Part shown: positions 35,458 through 41,045 of the stretch, piece by piece
Numbering within the stretch: the stretch's first letter is position 1
How the letters are laid out: every line of letters begins with the position of its first letter
NCBI GenBank assembly: GCA_023231475.1
Contig: JALJEE010001038.1
Coordinates: forward strand, 1-41,045
Length of the DNA stretch: 41,045 bases
Direction: 5' to 3'
Source of the DNA: Seison nebaliae
Lineage: Eukaryota
Translations under genes and position numbers: made by a program
The notes under the pieces: generated by a model
Seen by the model: only the letters and a program-made list of their open reading frames with translations
Told to the model about the DNA's origin: nothing
Database searches by the model: none

Positions 35458-38400
35458 ATGGATCAAGTTGCACGTTATTATGAATTATTGTTGTGTAATA
35501 GTTTTGAGAAATTTAGAAGTTTTTTTTATAAAAAATCCGTTTAATTACGATTCGATTAGGTAATGAAATGATACGAAACTTCGAAGATAAGAATGAATTA
35601 TTTCGAATGTTCTATCAAAGAATTATTCAAAAAATGCTTTATCATTTGAAGAATACAAAGATCCATCAACCAGATCAACTTTTATATTTGTGTTCAAAAT
35701 ATTCGTTATTTAATCTTGCAACATACATCTTTGATTACGACAATGATATCCATCCGAAATTGTATTATGCTGATGAAAGTGGCGATACTCCGTTATTGAT
35801 GTCCACCAAATTTGGTGATATACCAATGATGGAATTATTATTAGAAAATGGAGCAAATCCGAATTGTGAGAATATTTTAAATCGATCACCATTAATGTAT
35901 GCATCACGTTTAGCACCGAAAATATCGATAGAATCCGTTAAGATTTTATTAGAATATGGAGCAGATATTAATTATACCACCGCATTAAGTACCACATGTT
36001 TATTGGCGGTCGATTTGCCTAATATTGAATGTTTCAATTTGTTATTGAAACAAACTGTTGATTATGAGAAGAAGATGATTGATGGAAATAGTCTTCTGCA
36101 TCAATGTGTTGTAACAAATCGAATAGATTATTTGAAAAAATTAATGCAACAAAACATTCATATTAACTCCATGAATTGGAGACGTGAATCCGCTCTGTAT
36201 TTAGCTGTCAATCAAAGAAACCATCGAATAATTCAATTATTATTAAAGAATCCTTCAATCTCCATCAATCATAGAAATCGTCTTCAACAATCAGCGTTGA
36301 TATTAGCTAGTAAATTAGGTGATATGAAATTATTAAATTTATTATTCCGTCAATCAAAAACTGATTCGACCACATATATGGACTGTTCTCCCAGAGATTG
36401 GATTAAGACAAGAAATATTAACAATAAACTTCAACACTCATTAAATCGAATCGAAAGACAAATCTCACGTCGACACATCCAATTGAGAGTACAAGATTTA
36501 TTGGGATTGACAGCGTTACATTCCGCTGCCATGATGGGCCATCGATCAGTTTGTGAACTTCTCTTGAAAGTTGATGATATGGAAATACAGAGTATGGAAA
36601 AAATGAAAAAATTCTTCGATAATTTTTCCGAATCATATCGATCGTATTTCACGCAATTATCTGTAACGTTGAATTATTGTAAGAATGTTTTGGACGACTT
36701 TTGTTCAACAATCCATCTCTCATTGACGAGTAAGGGAAGAAGGCGAAAAGTTTATGTATATGTCGATCATCAAAAAATCTTCTCACAAATTATCGATCTA
36801 ATCGTCTTTAATTGTCGACGACGATTAGAGACACGTGCATTATCTGAATCAGTTTTATTTGAATTTGAATTTGGTTTTATTGAATATCCAGAATCGATGA
36901 CGAATGATGAACGACAATCGTATAGAAAACGTTTCGGTACGAATTGTGAAAATATGATGAAAGAACAATATCATCTGATCAATCATCGTTCATGTTCGAT
37001 CGAACGACATATTGTCAAACATGATTTATATACCGTCGAATTAAATAACATCCGATTATTACCCAGAAAGTTATTGGAACGAATATTTCAATTAATTTTA
37101 AGGAATATAATTAGAAAGAATAAAGTTCATAATTCGGTTGATGATGAAGTGATTGAACAATTAGAATTACATCCATTCATTTATTGGAATCACGAAAAGA
37201 TTTTTTTATACAAAAATCTGTTTGATGATTATATTCAAACGATTAATTATAATCTAACTTTGAGAGATATCGAATGCGAAAATAATTGGGTTCCTTTAAG
37301 ATATTATATTCGATATTTGACTTCAGTCAGCACGTTCTCCATACCGACTTTCCATACGGCAGAATCATTCCGTATTAATAGTTCGAAATCGATTTATGGA
37401 GAATATGGTATTTGGTACCATAAGATTTATAGTGGTAAATTGAAAGAATTTAAAACGATCAAATCATTCTTTTTCCTTCTATATTCCAATTTCAGAAAAT
37501 TAAGAAATCGTGAAGAAAAGGAATTATTATTCGATGCATTATCATCAGGAAATCCGTTTTTGATTTCTTTATTAATATCTATCGGAATCGATCCTCAATC
37601 AATTCGACCAATTTTAAATACATCCATTATTAAACAGTTTATTGAGTCGTGTATCCTTCCTCATTATTCGACCAATAACTTCTCCATACACAATTGGTTA
37701 GGGGAATCGAATGTGAACGATTATAATTTCCATCGACATTCGCTCACATTTTATAATAATCAACCACCGTTCGATATTCAAGAGGTGTATGATTTCAAAC
37801 AGAAACAAGAACGAGCTCGTTATACTCATTGTCAACAAGTACCTCCATATATTCGGGGAATAAAGTTTTATGAGAAGAATGCCGTAATTAATGATGAATA
37901 TCTGTTAAATTTAGAAACGTTAAAACTTTTAAAACAAACAACAATTTATCGTATAAGGAAACGTTTAGAAGAATTGTTTGCTACACCCGTTTTCAGTTTG
38001 GTGGATATATTGGCCGATGAGAATTTTCTCATCAATCAAGCACTTTATTTTACAGAACCGTCTTTCGATCATTTACTTAAATCATTTATTTCATATCTTA
38101 TCTATTATTGTTACGATTATTCGTCTTATTCGACAACTGGCAAATCATTTAGACTTTTCCATGAGAAATCGTCATATTCTTACGAATTTTCGAATGACGC
38201 ATCCTTCGTCTTCCCGTTTGTTTATGGAAAATCCTTTGAAAATAATTATCATTTCGATTTATCTCCCCAATATCGATTTGTAGAATTTTCGATCAATTTC
38301 TATTTCAATTATTTCCTCGCACAAGTCAATGAAAGGATAAGGAATAAACAACTGGTAAAGATAGAGGAAAGTAAAAGAAATGGCTTAAGAATATTTGAAT

Positions 38401-38840
38401 ATTCATTAAAGTCGACCAGTATCATTTTATTAGAAGAACTAGTATATATTTTGAAAACGATTATCGTTTTCGGTGGTGATATGTTATATAATGATTTTCA
38501 ATTATTTCATCGATCAAATGAATGGATACAACTCCTCAATTCTTATCACCGACACATCCAAGAATTAGCAATACCTACAACTTTTTGTAACAAGAAACAA
38601 TTGAGATTAACCGATTGGATTCACGATCATTATCAACCCATCTGGTCTCTGACGGAACCATACAATATGGTTTTAAGAAAAAAACCTCCTACTCTACTTA
38701 TTCTATGTGTTTGTTATTTACGGAAAGAGTTACCTCATAATTTTTATGATTCCGTCGACTATTTAGTCAATAATCGATTAATTCCTCGAATAATCGGTCA
38801 TCTGGTGAAAGGACGATACTTACCTCGATCAGCATGTTAA
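35458..38840 (+). CDS. Large ankyrin-repeat protein with a C-terminal SOCS-box-like motif (~1,110 aa)
   Basis: About 7-8 ankyrin repeats (GDTPLLMS...LLENGANPN, RSPLMYAS...LLEYGADIN, GNSLLHQC, RESALYLAV, QSALILAS, GLTALHSAA). The C-terminus PPTLLILCVCYLRKEL...LIPRIIGHLV fits a BC-box/Cul5-box pattern. Probable first exon 35458-35518 with intron 35519-35559. Confidence 0.85.
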
Positions 38841-39504
38841 CTCACATCGTAATTCTTCATAATAAAATGCATACCAATCCTAATAAGTTCCACTAAAATT
38901 TTTATATTTTTCATTTAAATAGAAATCCTTCCTAGAAAATTTATTTTTATTTAGTTTGATTAGACTGATAGCAGTGTATAATAAATGATAATTTTTCATC
39001 GAGAACCTAGAATAATTCACTTACATGAATGATTTGAAATTAAGTTAACTTAATTTAAATAATCATTTTTTCGACCAGTTTGAAATTAATTTGTAAATAA
39101 TTGTTGACGAAAATTAGTTGAGAAGAATGTCTGTTTTCTGGGAGTTAAAAAGAATCAGGAGTGCAATCTCGATACTTTCTTTTTAACCAAGAAATGACGA
39201 TAATTTTTGGATAGTCAGTGTAACAATCTGAAGAGAATATCTCTTGCTACTGGTTTGGACCGCTGCTCCCCATCAACTCCTATAACTCACCAAAAGAGGT
39301 CATGTATGTAATTTTCTCACTATCGTTGATCAGAATTGGTCCGTTCAATGATGAATGATGTGTTGCCAATCAGAAGTTCTCATTTGTCATAGGAAACTGT
39401 GATGGTAACTTACTTTAATAAATAAAAATTTCATTTAAAAAGAATCTTCTTGTATAGAATATATAACAAAAAAATCCAGATTTACAAAAGCATCATCCAC
39501 AAAA

Positions 39505-39714
39505 AAGGAGTAGAACTGTCCAAAAAAAAATTAATTAGGAGTAGAAGTGTTCATAACGTTATTAAAAGGAGTAGAACTGTCCTATTTTACAGAAAAAAGG
39601 CGTAGAACTGTCCTATTTTACAGAAAAAGGGAGTAGAAGTGTCCGAAATTCTTCAAAAAGGAGTAGAACTGTCCGTTTTTGAAGGAAAAACCAAAAGGAG
39701 TAGAACTGTCCCCC
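39505..39714. repeat. Seven spaced copies of AAGGAGTAGAACTGTCC with ~31-bp period; probable terminus of a foldback-type DNA transposon
   Basis: Copies start near 39505, 39537, 39566, 39597, 39628, 39658 and 39694. Linkers are A/T-rich and two are identical (tattttacagaaaa). The last copy ends in a C-run. Confidence 0.8.
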
Positions 39715-40089
39715 ATTCAATAATTCTACCGTCAATTGATCATTATCAGTCAATCCTGTGGAAATAGACGATATCTGACGTTAGTTTAGTTATCAAGTTT
39801 AAGAGAAGAATATACAATAAAATGGAGAATATAAAATTATTAATAGTCTTATCTTGGACATTATGGAACATGTGAATTTATCGTCTTAACTTAATTTCAT
39901 TACAAAGTCTTTCCGAAATATTTATAAACAATAAGTACAGATATCAGTTAGAAAGTTAAAAATGAAGAAACTGATAAATTTTATAAATAAGTTGTCTCTT
40001 TGTATATATGACTTCTCTCACTCATTCTCTTGTGATAAGTTAATATAGTTGTATTACAAGCTAACTTAAAACTTTATCTGCATATCAAA

Positions 40090-40330
40090 TATTAATAGAG
40101 TAGGGGCATGAAGAACAATATTGAATTAGACCACGACAAGGATGAAAATGGCATTTCTTACATTATGATTTGTCAAGTTGTAAAGTCTTAATGATTATGC
40201 GGTTTCAAATTTGAATGATTAATCATTGATGGAAATATATATTTGTGTCAACCTCAATTGTAAATATTTCCGTTTATAGTCCAAGATAGTCTACGGATAA
40301 GGCCGGTCGATAATATTTATGTACAACTTT
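40090..40330 (-). mobile_element. Possible highly decayed Mutator-like (MULE) transposase fragment
   Basis: The minus strand gives ...FETA... followed about 15 codons later by KKCHFHPCRGL, reminiscent of the MULE DFE.A ... GC.FH..Q.L motif. There are many stops and frameshifts. It lies next to a subterminal repeat cluster. Confidence 0.35.
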
Positions 40331-40439
40331 GTACAAATAGTTACATATCAACTCTAATTGAGTGTAAGAGGAGAACTGCATTTGTCAGATGGTCATTAGA
40401 TTCAACAAACTTAAGGAATTATGTATACTATGAACGACA

Positions 40440-40580
40440 GACAATTCGGAGACTCGACAATTCTGAGACGCGACAATTCGGAGGCCATAGAGTATATAGT
40501 ATCTGCCTATGCAACATCTACACTATATATAGTGTGTTTTAGGTATTAGGGAGTCTCCGAATTGTCGCATCGTCTCCGAC
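40440..40580. repeat. GACAATTCGGAGAC repeat cluster in both orientations, same family as 3281-3345
   Basis: gacaattcggagac, gacaattctgagac and gacaattcggaggc at 40440-40485, with an inverted gtctccgaattgtc at 40553-40566. Confidence 0.7.
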
Positions 40581-40905
40581 AGATCCCGTATACTATAGTG
40601 GTAAGGAAAAATTTTTCGAAATTCTATCGTTGTTTAACACTTTCTTATAGCAGTTCAGTATTTCTTCTTTTCGATCAATTCTTGGACATAGTCGATTGAT
40701 TAGGAGAAGAAGTCTTCGTATGACGAAAAAATATTAATAACTAGTTTATAAAATGGCGAGTTTAGCAAATACCTAAACTCAAATGTTTCAATGGCATGTT
40801 TCTTAAAGAATTACTACTACATCAATAATTAATAATACACAATTATTCTTGTATGATCGAAAGAAACTTTCTTTCAAATATTTCTCTCATATTAGTGTAT
40901 CATAA

Positions 40906-41045
40906 TAGTGATGGGGATACGAAGGGCGAAGGGAAATTAATTTCTTCGTCTCCCTTTTAATAAATGAAAAATTCCAGACATTTTCCCTTCGCGAGCTATA
41001 CATACTCCTACTTCGCGAAGGGAAACGAAGTAAAGGAAAGAAAAG
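40906..41045. mobile_element. Probable terminus of a hAT-type element running out of the window
   Basis: Begins TAGTGATGGG, like the TAG(G/T)GATG termini of Ac-type hAT elements. Multiple CGAAG(GG)/CCCTTCG subterminal motifs follow in both orientations. The other end is not visible. Confidence 0.45.

Noticed and set aside
6692..38283. Small antisense or overlapping ORFs (e.g. 6692, 8723, 9319, 19717, 22339, 23260, 24579, 29712, 36418, 37978)
   Set aside because: They are shadows of real coding exons on the other strand or frame, with no recognisable motifs.
39505..39714. CRISPR-like repeat-spacer array
   Set aside because: Repeats are only 17 bp, linkers are 13-20 nt, A/T-rich and partly identical, there are no cas genes, and the context is eukaryotic.

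Overview
AT-rich eukaryotic, most likely animal, genomic DNA. It uses the standard code and has very short GT-AG introns (about 40-75 nt). The organism cannot be named from the sequence alone. A dense gene core (about 8.4-38.8 kb) contains RRP15, tafazzin, MTHFS, two tandem full-length androglobin-like genes, POLD2 head-to-head with DNA2, TGS1 and a large ankyrin/SOCS-box protein. The flanks (0-8 kb, 39-41 kb) hold a decayed hAT transposase, several internally deleted APE-type LINE relics with (TAA)n tails, foldback-like subterminal repeat arrays, a tRNA-Lys(UUU) and an orphan type-I membrane protein gene with two decayed copies. Four signals stand out. (1) About 42 of 46 introns reconstructed by hand start GTT rather than GTA/GTG, with weak G+5 and frequent AAG acceptors, which suggests a rewired splice-site code. 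(2) Both duplicated androglobins appear to lack the proximal heme histidine. (3) A LINE is flanked by a ~550-600 bp direct duplication that left two tail-to-tail genes intact. (4) Several templated-insertion and template-switch scars are visible. All gene models and alignments were done by eye and from memory of the protein families, with no database searches.
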